From the UHGV virus genome UHGV-1357953: 40,340 nt of DNA. One strand, given 5' to 3'. Below, piece after piece: positions 16,500-30,795 of this stretch. Within the stretch, counting starts at the first letter, position 1. Every line of letters starts with the position of its first letter. This stretch comes from a virus. The notes under the pieces are model-generated. The model was given only the letters and a program-made list of their open reading frames with translations, ran no database searches and had not been told where the DNA came from. The position numbers and the translations under genes were made by a program.

Positions 16500-18659
16500 T
16501 TACTCCTGTGCCATTCCGCTTAGCGATGCCACAATTCCAGCCCTTGCTAAACGCTGGAACTCTTCGTTTCCTAGTGCCTCGCGTATTGCTTTTACGGCGG
16601 CCTTATTTGCCATAAATCTGCGTTCAGCCGCCGCTAATGCTTCTTTACTTCCGCCAGCTCTTACTGCTTTCGTGGCTTCCCGAACTGCTTTCTCTATCGC
16701 ATATCGACCGCTACGCGTGGTGGCAATTTTAGATACAGCGCCTTTTAACCCAGCGCCAACTAAAGCACCTGCGGCAGCGCCTGCAATGCCTCCTCCAGCG
16801 CCACCAACAATGGCACCTGATGTTGAATTGGCAATTGCATTTAACACTGTTGATGTGACGTTGGATAAACCAGCATCCAGATCGCGTAGTACATTGGCAG
16901 TTCTACCTGTTCTTTCAATATACTGCTGAGGTTTCACTGCTGCTCTTGCAAGAGTGCCATATGCATCAGCAATTCTTCCAAGCTCTGAGGAATATCGGCT
17001 AATGGCTTTTACATTTTGTGGAGTCAGTATCTCTGCGATATGGTTAATTCCTGCTGCATCAGCTTTGCCACCACGTACACCATGCGAGATAGCATCTTGC
17101 AACATTGATGATATAGCAGGAACACGCTCTGATTCTGGCAGCGCGCGGATCATAGAATGGAATCCAGCAGGACCATTAAGACCTTTAGCTGACGATGATT
17201 GAAGGGATTTTACTCCATTCGTAATCAGTGCATCTGTTGCCAAATCACGCCCGAAAACAGACTCTGCACTCTCTTGTGCTGATAACCTCGCTTTAGACAG
17301 ATCATTAGCTTTCTGCCAGTCATCAAGAAATCCGCCGTTTTCCGCCATTGTGCGCATATCATCAGTAATTGCCCGGCGTATTTCCCCTGCTCTCCTTGCC
17401 GCATTTGCCTCTCCGCTACGCTTATATTTTTGCTCCGCATCAGCAAATTTCGCTCTCCATGCTTTCATGCCATCAAATGTTACTCCACCTTGATTGTTTG
17501 CCTGAACAAACTGTTTCATTTCAGGAGTAAGCGGTATGCCAGCAGATCGCTCTGCCTGAATAACGGCATTACCATTTAGCATTCTTGCTTTTTGATTTGG
17601 CATTGTTGACCGCACGTCATCCCATGCCGCGCGCTCAGCATCCTTCATCTGATCAAGATTTTGAAGAATCCTTTGTTTTATAGCCGCACTTTTTTCTGAT
17701 GCCGTTCCAGATGCGGCCCCAAATTCATCAAGGTTTCGACTTAACTTTGATGATATTTCGTTAAATGCTGCCTGATGGGCATCCTGAACAATCCCTGGTG
17801 TTGATGCCAATGCGCCTTCGGCTTGTGCAATTCCACGACTTCCAGATCGCATTCCTGGTGTTAATGCGTTTATATCAATTCCAGCAGACTCAGCCGCTTT
17901 TGCTACATCTTCGGACACATTAGCGGCCTGACTGGCAATTGACTGACGCCCAGCACCTGACTTTGCCATCCTGGAAACATCATTAGCAGAATTCAGTGCT
18001 GCACCACCAAGAGCCTGTGAAACCCTTGGCGCAATAACGCGCCCGACACCTGAAAGAACGCCTTGAGCACCAATATTGATACCACCGTTAATGGCAGCAT
18101 TTTGTGCAAAATCACCCTCCTGATTTGCAGCATCAGCAAGAGAACCGGCAATCATGTTTCCTGCGGAACCGATGTCTCCTGCGAGCTTTGCTGGCGCTCC
18201 AGCAGCTTTTGCTGCTGTGCCAATTGGCAGGAGATACCCACCAATTGTTTCACCGGCTTGCGCGTAAGGGTCTGTCGGTCGATCGACTGGACGATAGACA
18301 TCATCCAAAACCTTGGGGCCACCAAGCCCCTGGCTGATTGCATTAATCAGACTTGCGCCACCCTGCAATACGTCAAATGGTATGTTTACCAGACCACGAC
18401 CAGCCTGCTCTGCAATTTGCCCTGCACTTTGACCACCAGTGAGCCAATCGCCAGCTTGTTGCATCAATGATGGTTCTTCTTTCTGCTGCTGAGGCGGAGG
18501 GTATGCTGCATAAAACTGATCTCTTGCTTCAGCCCATTTGTCACCAGCCTTAGGGGCAACAACCTCATCAAAATATTGCGCTTGAGCCTGTGCTTTCTGT
18601 TCTTCAGTTAACGCCTGATACTGTGGAGAAGCGATAACATCTTTCCATGCTTTAGCCAT
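16500..18659 (-). CDS. Ejection / internal virion protein, P22 gp16-like (719 aa)
   Basis: Gly/Ala-rich large protein last in the gp7-gp20-gp16 block. Confidence 0.7.
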   Translation of the reverse strand: MAKAWKDVIASPQYQALTEEQKAQAQAQYFDEVVAPKAGDKWAEARDQFYAAYPPPQQQKEEPSLMQQAGDWLTGGQSAGQIAEQAGRGLVNIPFDVLQGGASLINAISQGLGGPKVLDDVYRPVDRPTDPYAQAGETIGGYLLPIGTAAKAAGAPAKLAGDIGSAGNMIAGSLADAANQEGDFAQNAAINGGINIGAQGVLSGVGRVIAPRVSQALGGAALNSANDVSRMAKSGAGRQSIASQAANVSEDVAKAAESAGIDINALTPGMRSGSRGIAQAEGALASTPGIVQDAHQAAFNEISSKLSRNLDEFGAASGTASEKSAAIKQRILQNLDQMKDAERAAWDDVRSTMPNQKARMLNGNAVIQAERSAGIPLTPEMKQFVQANNQGGVTFDGMKAWRAKFADAEQKYKRSGEANAARRAGEIRRAITDDMRTMAENGGFLDDWQKANDLSKARLSAQESAESVFGRDLATDALITNGVKSLQSSSAKGLNGPAGFHSMIRALPESERVPAISSMLQDAISHGVRGGKADAAGINHIAEILTPQNVKAISRYSSELGRIADAYGTLARAAVKPQQYIERTGRTANVLRDLDAGLSNVTSTVLNAIANSTSGAIVGGAGGGIAGAAAGALVGAGLKGAVSKIATTRSGRYAIEKAVREATKAVRAGGSKEALAAAERRFMANKAAVKAIREALGNEEFQRLARAGIVASLSGMAQE

Positions 18660-20008
18660 TAATCACCCCATAAAGACGAGAAACCGGACTTATTGCTGTC
18701 GCTTCCTGATTTTCGCTCACTAACATATGTGTCATAACCTGATGAACTATATCCCATTGATTCAGCCTCCCTTGCTGCAACCTTTTGAAATACAGAATAT
18801 TGAGATCGTATTTCAGATAACTGTTTTCTGACGACCTCTTCAGGCTGTGTTATATCGAGTTTCGCGATCAGGTTTTCCAGTTTTTGGCCTTCAGCATTGG
18901 AGAGGCTACCCATACCTCGCATAGTCTGCACGTTCTGGACAAACGCACCCGACTTTAATTCTTCTATCGCATTACGGTTTGCAAGCCCTTCAGCACTTGT
19001 GAAGCCATCTATATTTCTTCCTTCGAAGCGACCAATACCTTCAAGCTCCTTCTTACCAAGCAAAGAATCAATTTTCTCTATCCCTCGCTCACCAGTAATC
19101 AACGCATTGTTGTAATTATTGTTGCCATCAAGCCATCTCTTAGCCTGAGACATTCTGGCTGACGTTGCAGCTTTACCGGTTAGCGGATCAATTCCCGTCG
19201 CTGCTATCTGTGAGTTAAGAGACAAAACATCCATATCCTGAAGTTGTCCTGCTCTTTCAAGGGCCGCCTGTGACTGCTTAAACACATACTTGTCGTGATT
19301 CAGTCTTGCCATTTGAGCCTTATAGGAAAGATCCTGCCCCCTAATAGCCCTCGCATTCGTCATGTCATTATTGCGAATGGTTTCGTTAATTCTTTGCTGC
19401 TCCTGCTGGCGACCAACCATCTTATCCTGATAATCCAGCATTTTATCCGGGCCAACAGCCCCTAGCGTCATAGTAGTCAGCATGTGTGATAGCTGCTCTG
19501 GATTCTGGATACCTGTCTGAATCATCCAGTCAGCATTAGCACCAACGCGATTTAACCTGTCCTTGTTGTCAGTAATGAATTTACTGTAGGCTTCCGGTCC
19601 CTGAGAAAGAGCGACGTTAGCCCTCATGGCTAAATCGCCCATATCGTTGCGTTGCTGATCATTAAGACCAGAAAACGCCTGTTGTGCCTGTGCAACAAAC
19701 GCTGGATTTTCCTGGGCAAACTTAAATAGTCCCGATGGATCACCAGAAGCCCATGCATCAGCGTGAACCTTATTGAACGCACTAATCGCTTTCTGTTGCT
19801 GTTCCTGATTGTAAATATCAGCAACTCCAGCCAGACCACGTAACGCGGTCAGACCAACGTTATTTGCACCTGAGCGAGCCAACTCATTGTTTTCGCGGAT
19901 CAGACCAAGCGTTGCGTTAATGTCGCTTGCCTTTGGCGCATTCTCATTTTGCGTACCGATGCCAGCCAGAAAACCACCAGAATTAATACCCTGTTGCCAC
20001 GTAGTCAT
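18659..20008 (-). CDS. Ejection protein, P22 gp20-like (449 aa)
   Basis: Synteny and size. Confidence 0.7.
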   Translation of the reverse strand: MTTWQQGINSGGFLAGIGTQNENAPKASDINATLGLIRENNELARSGANNVGLTALRGLAGVADIYNQEQQQKAISAFNKVHADAWASGDPSGLFKFAQENPAFVAQAQQAFSGLNDQQRNDMGDLAMRANVALSQGPEAYSKFITDNKDRLNRVGANADWMIQTGIQNPEQLSHMLTTMTLGAVGPDKMLDYQDKMVGRQQEQQRINETIRNNDMTNARAIRGQDLSYKAQMARLNHDKYVFKQSQAALERAGQLQDMDVLSLNSQIAATGIDPLTGKAATSARMSQAKRWLDGNNNYNNALITGERGIEKIDSLLGKKELEGIGRFEGRNIDGFTSAEGLANRNAIEELKSGAFVQNVQTMRGMGSLSNAEGQKLENLIAKLDITQPEEVVRKQLSEIRSQYSVFQKVAAREAESMGYSSSGYDTYVSERKSGSDSNKSGFSSLWGD

Positions 20009-20018
20009 TGATTAACCC

Positions 20019-20714
20019 TTAATAAAGCAGTGAACCAAGCAGACCGATACCAGCACCGATACCAGCACCCCACGGAGTTGATGAACCAATTAATTTCGCA
20101 AGTCCAGCCCCAGCAATAGCACCAGACGCACCTCCGCCAATAGCAGATTGCATTGCTGATGGTCTGTTGGCATTTGCCGCTGCAAGAGCCGCACTTTGCT
20201 GCGAAATCTGACTCATGTTGTTGGCATATGTCTGCCCGGCGTTTGCCTGACCTTGCAGTGCGCCAAGACCAATATTTGCCAGATTCTGGTAGTTGTTCAT
20301 CTGACCAGACAGCCACTGCTGACCAAGCGTTGGTGCGATTGTTGATAACTGATTACCGGTTGCAGTGGAACCCAATCCACCTGTTGCTTCCGCTGCCGCC
20401 AGACTCTGATAGCGAGCCTGACCAGCAAGGTCTTTATACTGCTGAGAGTTGTAATACTGGTTAAGTGCCTGACCTTGCCCTTCCAGAGACGATAAGTTCT
20501 CAAGGCTGCCGACATACTTCCCAGCCAGAGGAGTAAACGGCTTCAGGTTGTTCATGATGGTGTTGAACTGCTGATTTTGCAGGTCTGCGGCATACTTCTG
20601 AGCTTCTGCGGCATACTTTGCACTTTTATCAGAACTGCCACCTTTCCCGCCTTTTTCAGGGCAATAAGGTTCCTCGCCGCGCAGTTTTCTGCCCAGCTTA
20701 AATGCATATAACAT
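20019..20714 (-). CDS. Ejection protein, P22 gp7-like (231 aa)
   Basis: Size and Gly/Ala/Gln-rich composition; synteny. Confidence 0.7.
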   Translation of the reverse strand: MLYAFKLGRKLRGEEPYCPEKGGKGGSSDKSAKYAAEAQKYAADLQNQQFNTIMNNLKPFTPLAGKYVGSLENLSSLEGQGQALNQYYNSQQYKDLAGQARYQSLAAAEATGGLGSTATGNQLSTIAPTLGQQWLSGQMNNYQNLANIGLGALQGQANAGQTYANNMSQISQQSAALAAANANRPSAMQSAIGGGASGAIAGAGLAKLIGSSTPWGAGIGAGIGLLGSLLY

Positions 20715-20716
20715 GG

Positions 20717-21172
20717 CTATCTCCCGTGATTCAGGAAGTCGATTAGTTCTTCGCGTGTGGCGCTGTAAAACGTCACGTCATCCACGCCTTTAAAGTATTT
20801 CTTGATGGTTCCTACACGATTAAGGCCAATCATTGCGCAGTACATCTGCCCGTGGCGGAATTTGCGTGCAGCGAACGATGTGACACACTGAACAGTGGTG
20901 TTAGTCAGAATGTATCGCCAGAACGCCAGCCCGATTTCCTTGCTGAATCCACGAACCTCTGGCAGGTACATGGCGTGGCAATCAAAGGTCAAAGGCTGAA
21001 TCTCCTGATAGTAAACAATGCCGCCGAACTGCCCGTGCACGTTCACCTCGAAGTAACGGCATTCAGGCTTGTAGTCGTATCCATCACCGTTGTTGCTCCC
21101 GGCAATAATGTCAGGGTGATTTCCGACTGCTTCGATCAGGTCGATGTTTCGCGTTTGGTTGAACTGAATCAT
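20717..21172 (-). CDS. P22 gp14-like head/tail accessory protein (151 aa)
   Basis: Synteny after the needle gene; ATG 21172 overlaps the needle stop. Confidence 0.6.
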   Translation of the reverse strand: MIQFNQTRNIDLIEAVGNHPDIIAGSNNGDGYDYKPECRYFEVNVHGQFGGIVYYQEIQPLTFDCHAMYLPEVRGFSKEIGLAFWRYILTNTTVQCVTSFAARKFRHGQMYCAMIGLNRVGTIKKYFKGVDDVTFYSATREELIDFLNHGR

Positions 21173-22125
21173 CACTGCTCCGCGATTATCTTGATGGTTG
21201 TGGCAGTAAACGCCGCCACATTTGACTGGATGGTTAACGTACTGCCATTTGTGGCAAGAAAGCCGTCTTTATCCACGCTGAAGAACGTAGCTAACAGGAT
21301 GTTATCGGTTGTTGTCGCCGAGTTGCGACTGCTTACCAGTGTGTCAGGAACAGATCCGGAAAAGGTTAGCTGCATTGACCTGTTTGCGGTTCCGCTGGGC
21401 CACGTCCCGACAATCGACAGCTTGAAGAACAGGGTTTTGTTCTCGTTGAAAACAACCATCTTGTTGTTATCAGTATCGAAGAATGGTGCCAACGTCCCGG
21501 ATGACGGCGTGAGCGTTTTCAGCAGGCTAACAAGGTTGGTCGGCGCTGTTGGAATGGTTACCGATACTCCTGAGTAAACAACCTCTGATTTCTTGCGCGT
21601 GGTGGCATACTCAAGCGCAGATATTCTTGTTGAGTGATCACCAACTGTGCTTTGTAGCGTCGAAATACTTCCCTCTGCCGCTGTGAGCCTGGTATCAAGT
21701 GCGTTGATATCGGTTGTATTCTGAGTTATTCGCGCATCATGGTTTGCTAACTCAGATTCATTGGCAGCAATTCGCGTCTCGTGATCAGCCAGCTCTGTTT
21801 CGGCAGCCGTAATCCTTGTTTCATGATCTGCAAGAGTGCTTTCCGCTGCTGCGATTCTATGTTCATGATTGACGAGAGTTGCTTCAGCAGCAGCAATTCT
21901 GGATTCATGGTCTGCAAGGGTGACATCCTGCTCATCATTCTTCACCTGTGCATCATAAGCTCCCTTCCCTGCTTCGTTGGCCTTGTTAGCCACGTTACCA
22001 ACATCAGTACCCTGTGCGATAACGTACAGCAGATATGACTGCGAGAAGATATTGCGTGGAAGGACTGATGTGTCGAGTCGTGTAGCCTGAATGATTACCG
22101 GCTCATTGAGATTCGAATCAGCCAT
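21172..22125 (-). CDS. Tail needle, P22 gp26-like (317 aa)
   Basis: N-terminus [56 protein letters not shown] matches P22 gp26 as recalled; DHE.RI heptads. Confidence 0.85.
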   Translation of the reverse strand: MADSNLNEPVIIQATRLDTSVLPRNIFSQSYLLYVIAQGTDVGNVANKANEAGKGAYDAQVKNDEQDVTLADHESRIAAAEATLVNHEHRIAAAESTLADHETRITAAETELADHETRIAANESELANHDARITQNTTDINALDTRLTAAEGSISTLQSTVGDHSTRISALEYATTRKKSEVVYSGVSVTIPTAPTNLVSLLKTLTPSSGTLAPFFDTDNNKMVVFNENKTLFFKLSIVGTWPSGTANRSMQLTFSGSVPDTLVSSRNSATTTDNILLATFFSVDKDGFLATNGSTLTIQSNVAAFTATTIKIIAEQ

Positions 22126-23543
22126 TACTCGATCCTTATCTGGCAGCCAGACAGAGTGACAGGTGACTTCGTGATAACGCGCAATTTGAAGCCGACATTT
22201 TTCCTGATGCGCCCGACTCGCTTCCACAAAACACGCTTGTCGTAAACGAACGGTTCATTCTGCTCAATCATCTGCTCACGACCGTAATTGATGCCATCAG
22301 TGGTTGCCGAGAGGAACAGGCGGTCGGCGTACTGAGCGACCCCCGTCGATGATTCCACCTCCAGATCAAAGCATCTGGCGTTATCTGCTTTGAAGAGTGG
22401 AGTAAACAGCAGGTGTTCTTGCTGTAGCCCATACTGGCTGCTGATGTCGAACTGCAATTTTCCGGTCACGGACTCCAGCTTATCGCCGCACGTTATCTGA
22501 TTGCCTTCGTAAATGAAGTCGATAGCGCGGTACACATCGTCATACAGGCCTGTTTTCAGCACACACCATTGCGGACCATTGGCGCTTGAAGATGCGTCGT
22601 ACACAAGGACGTGACGCGAAAGATGGATAATCAGCAACTCATGAGCATCAAACCGCAACGATTCCATCACACCATCAGCCAGTTCATCAGCAGTGTAGGA
22701 GCGGAGGATTTTCTCAATGCTCGCGCTGGCGATTGGTGATACCTGACCGGAGCCGATGATGTATACAGACGGAGCACCTGTTGCCGGATTGCTGATAAAC
22801 GCATAGGAATCAGCAAACGGCGTTTTGCAGTAAGTTCCGGCAATGCCTTTCTGCACCATCAGTGATGGCTGTGCGACATACAAAGCGGCACCAACGGTGG
22901 TTGCCCCAGTCAGGGAAAAATATTCAATCGTCGATGAACCAAAGCAGACGATGAAGTCTCGCCATGTTCCGATGCCGAGGATACCGTCCGGCTGCGATTC
23001 TGCGCGATATTGTGCGCTGTAACGGTCAGGATGCGATTCGTCTTCAGGGTCAGTGATAAACCATGAATCCGTGCCGTCTTTTGACCACGCATAACGCCCA
23101 CGTAAACGCGTAATGTCGCGAACCGAACCTAACTCATACTGAGTGAATCCGCTGTCTGTAGGCCAGTTTGAGACTGTTTTAACCGTTCCATCATAGCGAT
23201 ACTCGACCAGTTGACCATTAACGCCTACCGCCTGAGATGTTCGACCATGCGCCATTGATACGCGACCACTTCCGGCAACATCACCGACCTCGCTTTCGCC
23301 CTTATACAACTTGCCACCGCAAACGCGATAAACAGCATTCTGCGCCATGTTGTACTCGACACCGCGCGATACACCATTCACATCAGAGCGTTTGGCAATG
23401 CCAGGGAATGAGCGAAGATATCCACTGCTGTTGAGGATTTCTTTGGGGGTTGCCAGCATATTCACTGGCAGATAGTCGATATAGTCGGCGTTTCGAAAGT
23501 CTTTGCCGACACCTTTCATAAGCGGAAGTTGCTGAATCGGCAT
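22125..23543 (-). CDS. Tail hub protein, P22 gp10-like (472 aa)
   Basis: Synteny and size. Confidence 0.75.
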   Translation of the reverse strand: MPIQQLPLMKGVGKDFRNADYIDYLPVNMLATPKEILNSSGYLRSFPGIAKRSDVNGVSRGVEYNMAQNAVYRVCGGKLYKGESEVGDVAGSGRVSMAHGRTSQAVGVNGQLVEYRYDGTVKTVSNWPTDSGFTQYELGSVRDITRLRGRYAWSKDGTDSWFITDPEDESHPDRYSAQYRAESQPDGILGIGTWRDFIVCFGSSTIEYFSLTGATTVGAALYVAQPSLMVQKGIAGTYCKTPFADSYAFISNPATGAPSVYIIGSGQVSPIASASIEKILRSYTADELADGVMESLRFDAHELLIIHLSRHVLVYDASSSANGPQWCVLKTGLYDDVYRAIDFIYEGNQITCGDKLESVTGKLQFDISSQYGLQQEHLLFTPLFKADNARCFDLEVESSTGVAQYADRLFLSATTDGINYGREQMIEQNEPFVYDKRVLWKRVGRIRKNVGFKLRVITKSPVTLSGCQIRIE

Positions 23544-24020
23544 TATTCGCTCCCGTTATCGCAAGGTTCCTTTCGCTGGAAGTAATTCCAACCGTTCCAC
23601 TTCGCCAACTGGTTACCACTACCAACAGGCATACGGTTTGGATAACCGGACTTACATTTAGCGGCTTTTGCTCTGTCCATTGCAGACAGTTTGACGAGTC
23701 TCTCTTTCCCGTATCTGGCAGTGGTTATAAGTTTTGCAGACGCTTCCAGCGCATAATCCGGAGCAATGCGGCAGGCAAGGTTGAAAATGACGGCATTGAT
23801 AGCGTTATTTGATAAACCGTGCTCATCGCCCGGATCTGGAGCGACATCTGCATCAGCGAAAATGTAGCCAACGTTGATACCAGGTGACACATCACCGCCA
23901 AGCCATTCAGCCATCATCATTTCAAGGTCGTTGACGCCGTCTTCCATAGACTGCGGTTCGACATCGGTTAACGTGGCATTTGATGCCACACCGAGCTTAC
24001 GTAATGCCGCAAGAACTAAA

Positions 24021-24043
<23 letters not shown>
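23543..24043 (-). CDS. Tail accessory protein, P22 gp4-like (166 aa)
   Basis: [47 protein letters not shown] matches P22 gp4 as recalled; ATG at 24043. Confidence 0.85.
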
Positions 24044-24364
<321 letters not shown>

Positions 24365-24376
24365 GCTTGTCTCCAG

Positions 24377-24400
24377 ATAAAAAAGGGAGCCGAAGCTCCC
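24377..24400 (-). terminator. Intrinsic terminator immediately after the coat gene
   Basis: gggagc/gctccc hairpin with 4-nt loop followed on the minus strand by ttttttat. Confidence 0.6.
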
Positions 24401-24408
24401 TCTGGTTA

Positions 24409-25704
24409 TCACGCAGTCTGGTTAGGCAGACCAACACCAATTGCCTCTGGTCGTACAGCACATGCTGAATACCACACAGCAATACGGCACTTACCAGACA
24501 GAGTGTTGATATCACCCTGCGTTGCGAAGATGCCGTTAACACCAATACCTGGAATGCTGAAGGAAGAAGTTTTCATGCCAGCAAACAGTTCATGGGTTAC
24601 CGGAATCGGCTGAGACAGCAGGCGGATTGAGTCATCAGCCCAGAACACGTTAGCGGTGGTTGTTGCCACGTTCAGAACGTTTACCGGAGTGGTATTAGCA
24701 AGAGAGGTGTTTACGTTAGCGTAAGCCTTCTCTTCTTTTGTCAGTGACGCGTCATCCAGCGCAATCGGCTTCGGCGTGATTTCGATGTGAGTACTATCGA
24801 TCACTCGGGTGATTGAGAAAGTCGCATCATCAGTCAGCACGTTCTTCGCCATCTGAGACAGGAATTTCACACCAGTGAAGCTGATTTTGTCGCCGCGCTT
24901 AAATCCGGTGGTGGAGGATACGGTCACCGTTGCAACACGGTTGTCGACGTTCTCCTTGTTACCATCGGTATCAATGGTGTATGCCTGCGGCTTAAACTTC
25001 TGCGCTCCAGACACAGTTACACCAGTAGCGGTTGACTTGGTAACTGCCGGAAGTTTCGGTGAGCGAAGAATTTCATCAAAGCCAGCAATCTGACGCTGAA
25101 TAGTACCGTTGCGATACGCTTCTTCAGGAACGCGACCGAAGATGTCACCATCTACCAGGTTGCGGCCTGCTTTGCGGTAATCGTCAGGATTCAGGAAGTA
25201 ACTGATGCCCATATCGCGGTTTAGCTCACGGGAGAACATCAGTCGCTCTGCATCAGACACAAAATCCCATCCAGACAGGCCAGTAGATGGACCAATTGCG
25301 CGGGTATCGTGAACAACAAGCGAGCCCATTTCAGTTGCCTGTTTGGCAATTGCTGACTCAATGTTATTCGCCAGTTTTTTGGCGGATGCCTGGATGCGGC
25401 GACGGTAAGAACGCTCATCACGCAGGTCATCTGCACGAAGCTCGAAGAAATCGTTATCCGGATCGCCCATGTTGCATTTCACGGAGAGTTCCAGAATCCC
25501 GGTTGCGTTGTCAGTTAAATCCCAGCCAGTCTGGGTTGGCGCTTCCTGCTCAACAGGCATCCACACGGTGTTGCTTGAACGCTGCATTGATTCTGCCGGA
25601 GGGGTGTATTTTGTCACTTTGGACGCCATTGGCGTCAGGTTCTGGGCGGTTTCGATGATTTCATCCAGAGCATATGTGACCAGTTGACCTTCATTTAATG
25701 CCAT
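24409..25704 (-). CDS. Major capsid (coat) protein, P22 gp5-like (431 aa)
   Basis: Extensive match to P22 coat as recalled ([40 protein letters not shown]..). Confidence 0.9.
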   Translation of the reverse strand: MALNEGQLVTYALDEIIETAQNLTPMASKVTKYTPPAESMQRSSNTVWMPVEQEAPTQTGWDLTDNATGILELSVKCNMGDPDNDFFELRADDLRDERSYRRRIQASAKKLANNIESAIAKQATEMGSLVVHDTRAIGPSTGLSGWDFVSDAERLMFSRELNRDMGISYFLNPDDYRKAGRNLVDGDIFGRVPEEAYRNGTIQRQIAGFDEILRSPKLPAVTKSTATGVTVSGAQKFKPQAYTIDTDGNKENVDNRVATVTVSSTTGFKRGDKISFTGVKFLSQMAKNVLTDDATFSITRVIDSTHIEITPKPIALDDASLTKEEKAYANVNTSLANTTPVNVLNVATTTANVFWADDSIRLLSQPIPVTHELFAGMKTSSFSIPGIGVNGIFATQGDINTLSGKCRIAVWYSACAVRPEAIGVGLPNQTA

Positions 25705-26615
25705 TATCGAATTCCTTTATTCAGTTGCGCCTTAAGCTTGCGGTACGTCTCTACATCCCCTTTGTTTGCTGCCGCTTCCATCTGCTTTTCAATCGCAGAG
25801 ATATTTGCAGCAACAGCGTGTCCCTGAATGGGTTCATCAGGTAACGGGGCTTCTGAAACAGGCTTTGCTCGAGGCTTGAGAGTTAAACGTTCTGACAGTC
25901 GAGTGAGTTCAATCAGCGCGGATTGCCCGTCCATCGCCAGCAACTGGCGTGTTTTCTCAGGATTAGCACCAAGGTGATACATGAGAGCAGCGGATTTCTC
26001 CGGGAAGAGGCGCATGATGTCGGCACCGACTGCTGGCGGCACCAGTTGCATGAATGCATCCTCTTTCTCCTGATAGTCAGGGATATTGAGCTTTTCCGCT
26101 GCGTCGTAGTGCTTACGGGCTGCCTCGACGTATTGCGCTGATTGCTGGGTGAACTCCTGAGTTTTGCGACCCTGCTCGGCGACAGCCTGGCTTCGTGCGT
26201 CCATAGCCTTGATCTGCCATTCACTGTTTGCCTGCTGGAAGGCAGCCAGTGCGCGGCTCTGGTCATAGTCGTACTTAGCCAGTGCATCTTCGGAAAGATA
26301 ATCGTTAGGGTCTGGTTGTTTTGGTAACTCAGGGTTCACCCGCAGGTGCTCCGGCAACTCTCCACGCTTAACCGCTTCCATCTGCTGCTCAAGCTCACGC
26401 TGGCGTTTGCGTTCGATGCGGCGACGGGCAAATTCAGCATTAGTTGCCGGGTCTTGTTTTGGTTTCTCATCGTCTTTCAGGACAATCTCAAAGCCTTCTT
26501 CCTGACCTGCACTGTCGTTGGCATTATCGACAACTAAGCCATCAGCAGATGCCGCTGCATGATTGCCGGGCAGGGTTAATTCTTCAGAAGCCTGAATGTC
26601 GGTGGTTTGGTCCAT
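25704..26615 (-). CDS. Scaffolding protein, P22 gp8-like (303 aa)
   Basis: Match to P22 gp8 as recalled (..[29 protein letters not shown].. and C-terminal ..[12 protein letters not shown]). Confidence 0.85.
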   Translation of the reverse strand: MDQTTDIQASEELTLPGNHAAASADGLVVDNANDSAGQEEGFEIVLKDDEKPKQDPATNAEFARRRIERKRQRELEQQMEAVKRGELPEHLRVNPELPKQPDPNDYLSEDALAKYDYDQSRALAAFQQANSEWQIKAMDARSQAVAEQGRKTQEFTQQSAQYVEAARKHYDAAEKLNIPDYQEKEDAFMQLVPPAVGADIMRLFPEKSAALMYHLGANPEKTRQLLAMDGQSALIELTRLSERLTLKPRAKPVSEAPLPDEPIQGHAVAANISAIEKQMEAAANKGDVETYRKLKAQLNKGIR

Positions 26616-26628
26616 GGTTAACTCTCTC

Positions 26629-28794
26629 TTATTGAGGTGTCTCGGCTACTCCGCCGGAGGGGATTTGAACTTGACGCATAAGATTCGCGAAATCCATGCG
26701 TTGTGAATGAGTCTGGTCTGCATCTTTAAGAAGCAGCTCAGCGTTAGCACGAGCATCTTTGCTGCGCTGTTGCTGGAATTGACCTACGAGCTTGAGGTAC
26801 TCACGCAGTTCTGCCTGCTTGTCGAGGTCCATATTGTTGAAGATTTCTGCAATCTTCGCGGCGTTGAGTTGGTTTTGGGCTTCAACCTTGGCGGCTTCAA
26901 CCTGAATCTGCGCCTGTTGGTTCTCTGCCTTGAGCAATTCAGCCTGACCTTGCAGAAGGATACCCTGCGCCTGAATTTGCTCTGCTGATGGCTGCTGCGG
27001 CTGCTGTTGAGCCTGCTGTACCATCTCCATCTCTTCAGGTGTTTCTGGTTTCTTCAGCCCCATCATCACCAGTTGCTTGTTCGCGTACTCTCGCATCATC
27101 TCGACGCCTTTACCGTCAAGCAGCGTGAAGTATTGCAGCATCAGCATCTGGAACTCTGGAGTACCTTGCGGAACCTTTGTTAGCAACTCCTGAATCTCTG
27201 CGCGGTTCTGTTCCTTCATGCTCTGGAAGGATGGTCCAACTCCTATATAGCACTCGTAGCGACCGCGAATGTCGTTGAGTGTGACCACATTACCGGACTG
27301 GTAATCGACAACTTGCGCGTAGAGTTGAACGTCTTTCTCGCTTCCATCTTCAAGTGTCAGCGTTACATGACGAGGGATGTCATAAATATCATTGACCATT
27401 GAGGCATAAATCTCGCCATCACGCCGCATTGCGGTAGCCAGGTTATCCTGAAACACGTATGTCTCAAGGTCTGACCGCATGTTCAGTTGATTGACGGTAT
27501 CGAAAGAGACCTGAGAGTTTGCTGCCTGTGCATCCACGCCAAGACTAGCCACCTCTTTCACTGCGTTGGTGGCAGCCTCAAGCATGTAAGCGTTGGCTTG
27601 CGGCACTTCAGGGTTTTCCATGTAGGAGATTGGACCAATCGGCAGGTCGTTACCGTTTTCATCAGTCCTGTTCTGGAGATAGTACGGATAGTCATCATTT
27701 CCACCGTACATGTATTCGTAGCCTTCGATTTGCTCAGGGAAGAAGGTCGGTTTCTTCTTCGGTGAACGACCAACAATATCGGCGTTGAATGACATGATCA
27801 TGTTACGAAGGCGTTGACCGTCTTTCGTCAGCCTTACCACTCCTTCGTAGCACTCCTTGTCACCAGCGAATGACCATTCGCCATACACTGGAACGATTGG
27901 AATATGCTCTCCTGCTATCTTCTCGCGGTCTTTCAGTATCTGTGTGCAGGTGATGATCGACTTATACACACGCCGACGCTTCACCTTGCGCTCTGCTACC
28001 TTAATGAATCCACGATTAGCCAGGTCGTCGATGACGTCTTTAATATCCTGCTGGTAATAGCTGACCGGCTCACCTGTCAGCGGGTCGCGGTAGATGAAGA
28101 CCTTCTCTTTCTTCTCTTCTATCTCGTAATACTCAGCGACGTAGACGACATCATTCGATACCCACGGAAACAGCCATGTGTCGTTCGGATTCTGGAAAGA
28201 TGGCAAGGTGTCCGGATCAATACCGTAATCCTCTGCGAACTCTTTCCAGCCATTGCGTGACAAGGCGTTAATCACCGTGCAGTGCTTAGCGTCGCTCTTA
28301 TCCATCTGCTTGCTGTTGGCGTCCCATATGACGTGTGAGCAGGCCTCATGGATTGGCAGGCGTCTGATTACCTGATTGTTGCTTGTTGGGTCGTTGTCTT
28401 CGTACTGTGTGACCAGACGCCATGCACCAACGCCGGACTCTATCTGCTCACGAACGCCAACGTTAACGGCAATCTTTGCCGTGTTATGGCGCATATCAGT
28501 ACGATACATCCCCATCAACACATCGGCTGCATCAGGATTAGCGCCGTCTTTGGGTCGGAAGAGAACGTCGATAGGGTTCCGGCGCATCTCTGCGACCAGT
28601 TTCCTGACCACTGGGCGAACAACATCGAATTGTCCGCGATATTGCAGGGTGGTGTAGTTTGATAGCCAGTCATCCCATTGCGACACTCGGCTAAAAAACA
28701 GGTCATTTGTCGCCTCGGTTCTGGCTTCATCGCTCGCCATCCAGTCTGCGTCAAACTTACACAGAATGGAATTGAGTCTGTTTTCGTCGGCCAT
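26629..28794 (-). CDS. Portal protein, P22 gp1-like (721 aa)
   Basis: Size and position between TerL and scaffold. Confidence 0.85.
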   Translation of the reverse strand: MADENRLNSILCKFDADWMASDEARTEATNDLFFSRVSQWDDWLSNYTTLQYRGQFDVVRPVVRKLVAEMRRNPIDVLFRPKDGANPDAADVLMGMYRTDMRHNTAKIAVNVGVREQIESGVGAWRLVTQYEDNDPTSNNQVIRRLPIHEACSHVIWDANSKQMDKSDAKHCTVINALSRNGWKEFAEDYGIDPDTLPSFQNPNDTWLFPWVSNDVVYVAEYYEIEEKKEKVFIYRDPLTGEPVSYYQQDIKDVIDDLANRGFIKVAERKVKRRRVYKSIITCTQILKDREKIAGEHIPIVPVYGEWSFAGDKECYEGVVRLTKDGQRLRNMIMSFNADIVGRSPKKKPTFFPEQIEGYEYMYGGNDDYPYYLQNRTDENGNDLPIGPISYMENPEVPQANAYMLEAATNAVKEVASLGVDAQAANSQVSFDTVNQLNMRSDLETYVFQDNLATAMRRDGEIYASMVNDIYDIPRHVTLTLEDGSEKDVQLYAQVVDYQSGNVVTLNDIRGRYECYIGVGPSFQSMKEQNRAEIQELLTKVPQGTPEFQMLMLQYFTLLDGKGVEMMREYANKQLVMMGLKKPETPEEMEMVQQAQQQPQQPSAEQIQAQGILLQGQAELLKAENQQAQIQVEAAKVEAQNQLNAAKIAEIFNNMDLDKQAELREYLKLVGQFQQQRSKDARANAELLLKDADQTHSQRMDFANLMRQVQIPSGGVAETPQ

Positions 28795-30294
28795 TTAAGT
28801 TCTCCGTGCGATGGGCCTGATTGGGGCTGGTATCTTTTTCTCTTTTGGTTTTTTGATGTCGCGCATCATTTTGGCGAAGCGGCGCATCATGTATGCATAG
28901 CGAACGGCTGAGAGAACGTCGTCGTTAAGCTTGACGATCTTCCCGTTTTCATCACGGTGATAGAGGCGGAACTCCTCAAAGAATGGCTCACAGGTGTTGA
29001 ATACTTTGAAGCGACCATCGAGCATCATGTCGCGCAATTCAGTGATGCCAGGCTCCACAGCATTACCGCCATCAGGCCATGTCGCATGCTCCTGCAACAT
29101 CATAAAACCAGCGTCTGCATACTGCCCTTTGAGCTGCTCACCGCCGCCCTTCTCATGCTGGTTTCCGTCATGAGGCCATGCGGTTGGCACTTTATGCGCC
29201 CATGATTTAACAGCTCCCCACGCCTGAACGGCTGTTTTTTCTTTCGCCTTCCACACGCGTGAAACGTAGATTGTGTCTGCGTCCTTATCCCACCAAAGCT
29301 GAACCTGCGCCTGTGGGTGATCCCATCCGAAATCCATCCCGCCAATTACGTAGAAGTGATCAGGACACTCGAACGGCTGACACTTAATCGTCTCTTCCGG
29401 TATCTGGAAGATTCGACCGCTACCCATCGTAGGAATACCGCGAGAACGCGCCTCTCTCTCATGCTCGGGATAGGATGCGATGATTTGCTCTTTCTGTTCG
29501 TCTGTGTAGTGCTCAGCGTCGTAGATGGTCATGTTGACCACTTTCTGCGACTTGCTGGGATTCTTCAGGAACTTGGTAACAACGTCAGACATCCCCATCA
29601 GCGGGGTAAACGTCAGAATTGAGAATTGCCCGTATTTGTTGGTACGGGTAAGACCTTCGCCATAAATGCTGTATGGTGGCTCTTCGTCAAACCACACGCC
29701 GTGGATTGTGTCACCCTGCCAGCGAGCGCGGCCTTGCGAGTATGGTTTGAAGTAGCAGATTGAAATGCCATCTTCAACGCCATCAGCCGTGTGATGCTTA
29801 ACCAGAAGATGATCAACAAGGTTCGGAAAGAAAGGAGACTTCTTCCAGCTAATGATGTCCTCTTTCGGTATAGAACCGTAGCCCGGTTCATCATTCTCTT
29901 CAATACGACCGCACAGGATGCGTTGAGTCGTTTTGGTTACCGTCTCGTTTGTCTCGCCACCAATCCAGAAGACAACAGGCTCATAGAAACGCTTACCTTT
30001 CCACTCCCCACCATATTTACCATCAGCAGGATAGCCTTTTGTGCCCGGATAACGCCCTGTAAGGTGAAACGCGACTTCAGCAGCACCAGTAAATGACTTA
30101 CCAAGCTGGTTACCAGCCATAAAACAGCGCTCTGGATAGTCATGCCCGGCGTCGATGAACTCACGCTGTTTGCTGTATGGCGTAAATTCATATAGCAGGT
30201 GTGTGTTCCGGTAGTTCTCTTCTTCTTCGAGTAGCTCGAGCAATTCGATTTGCTCTTCGTCGCTCAGGTTATCAAGAATCGCGTCCAGTTCCAC
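28795..30294 (-). CDS. Terminase large subunit, P22 gp2-like (499 aa), GTG start
   Basis: Size equals P22 gp2; ATPase and nuclease regions; overlaps TerS by 23 nt. Confidence 0.9.
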   Translation of the reverse strand: MELDAILDNLSDEEQIELLELLEEEENYRNTHLLYEFTPYSKQREFIDAGHDYPERCFMAGNQLGKSFTGAAEVAFHLTGRYPGTKGYPADGKYGGEWKGKRFYEPVVFWIGGETNETVTKTTQRILCGRIEENDEPGYGSIPKEDIISWKKSPFFPNLVDHLLVKHHTADGVEDGISICYFKPYSQGRARWQGDTIHGVWFDEEPPYSIYGEGLTRTNKYGQFSILTFTPLMGMSDVVTKFLKNPSKSQKVVNMTIYDAEHYTDEQKEQIIASYPEHEREARSRGIPTMGSGRIFQIPEETIKCQPFECPDHFYVIGGMDFGWDHPQAQVQLWWDKDADTIYVSRVWKAKEKTAVQAWGAVKSWAHKVPTAWPHDGNQHEKGGGEQLKGQYADAGFMMLQEHATWPDGGNAVEPGITELRDMMLDGRFKVFNTCEPFFEEFRLYHRDENGKIVKLNDDVLSAVRYAYMMRRFAKMMRDIKKPKEKKIPAPIRPIARRT

Positions 30295-30760
30295 GGTTGA
30301 ATAGCTCCTTGATACGAGAGCGTCGCTTATCGCGATCTCCCTTATCAGGTGTCACGTCTTCAACTTGCGACTGCTCTTTGAGGCCCAAATCACGGGCGAT
30401 GATGTTAGCGTTGAGAAGGTCAGCGGCTGCGCCAGAGAATTTCTGGTCGTAGATGATGTCTTCCGCTCGTGATGTGACGTCAGAAAAACCTTCCATTGAC
30501 CGGAAGGTTCCCCATGTTTGCCTGGTGATATCAAGGAAGGTACACAATCCTGAAATAGTCATGGCTCGCATCTTAGGGACATTAGCCTTAATTATTTCTC
30601 CCTGATATGAAAATACCTTACCCTCCCATAGCGGGTTATCATCAGCCCACTCGAAGTATTCACAACAAGCTGCCCACAGCGCCTCAGGCGATTCGAATTT
30701 AGGATTTCGCCCATGACTACTGCGGGCCTCCCAAAATCGGTTGCCCTTTGGTGCTGCCAT
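30272..30760 (-). CDS. Terminase small subunit, P22 gp3-like (162 aa)
   Basis: [38 protein letters not shown].. and C-terminal ..[31 protein letters not shown] match P22 gp3 as recalled. Confidence 0.85.
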   Translation of the reverse strand: MAAPKGNRFWEARSSHGRNPKFESPEALWAACCEYFEWADDNPLWEGKVFSYQGEIIKANVPKMRAMTISGLCTFLDITRQTWGTFRSMEGFSDVTSRAEDIIYDQKFSGAAADLLNANIIARDLGLKEQSQVEDVTPDKGDRDKRRSRIKELFNRGTGRDS

Positions 30761-30795
30761 ATTCATCTCACTTAATCGTTATTTCAGGTTGAGCA

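Noticed and set aside
16441-18470. Plus-strand ORFs inside the ejection-protein and needle genes (16441..16929, 18063..18470, 20852..21577 and similar)
   Set aside because: Antisense to well-supported P22-like structural genes; typical shadow ORFs of GC-biased coding sequence.
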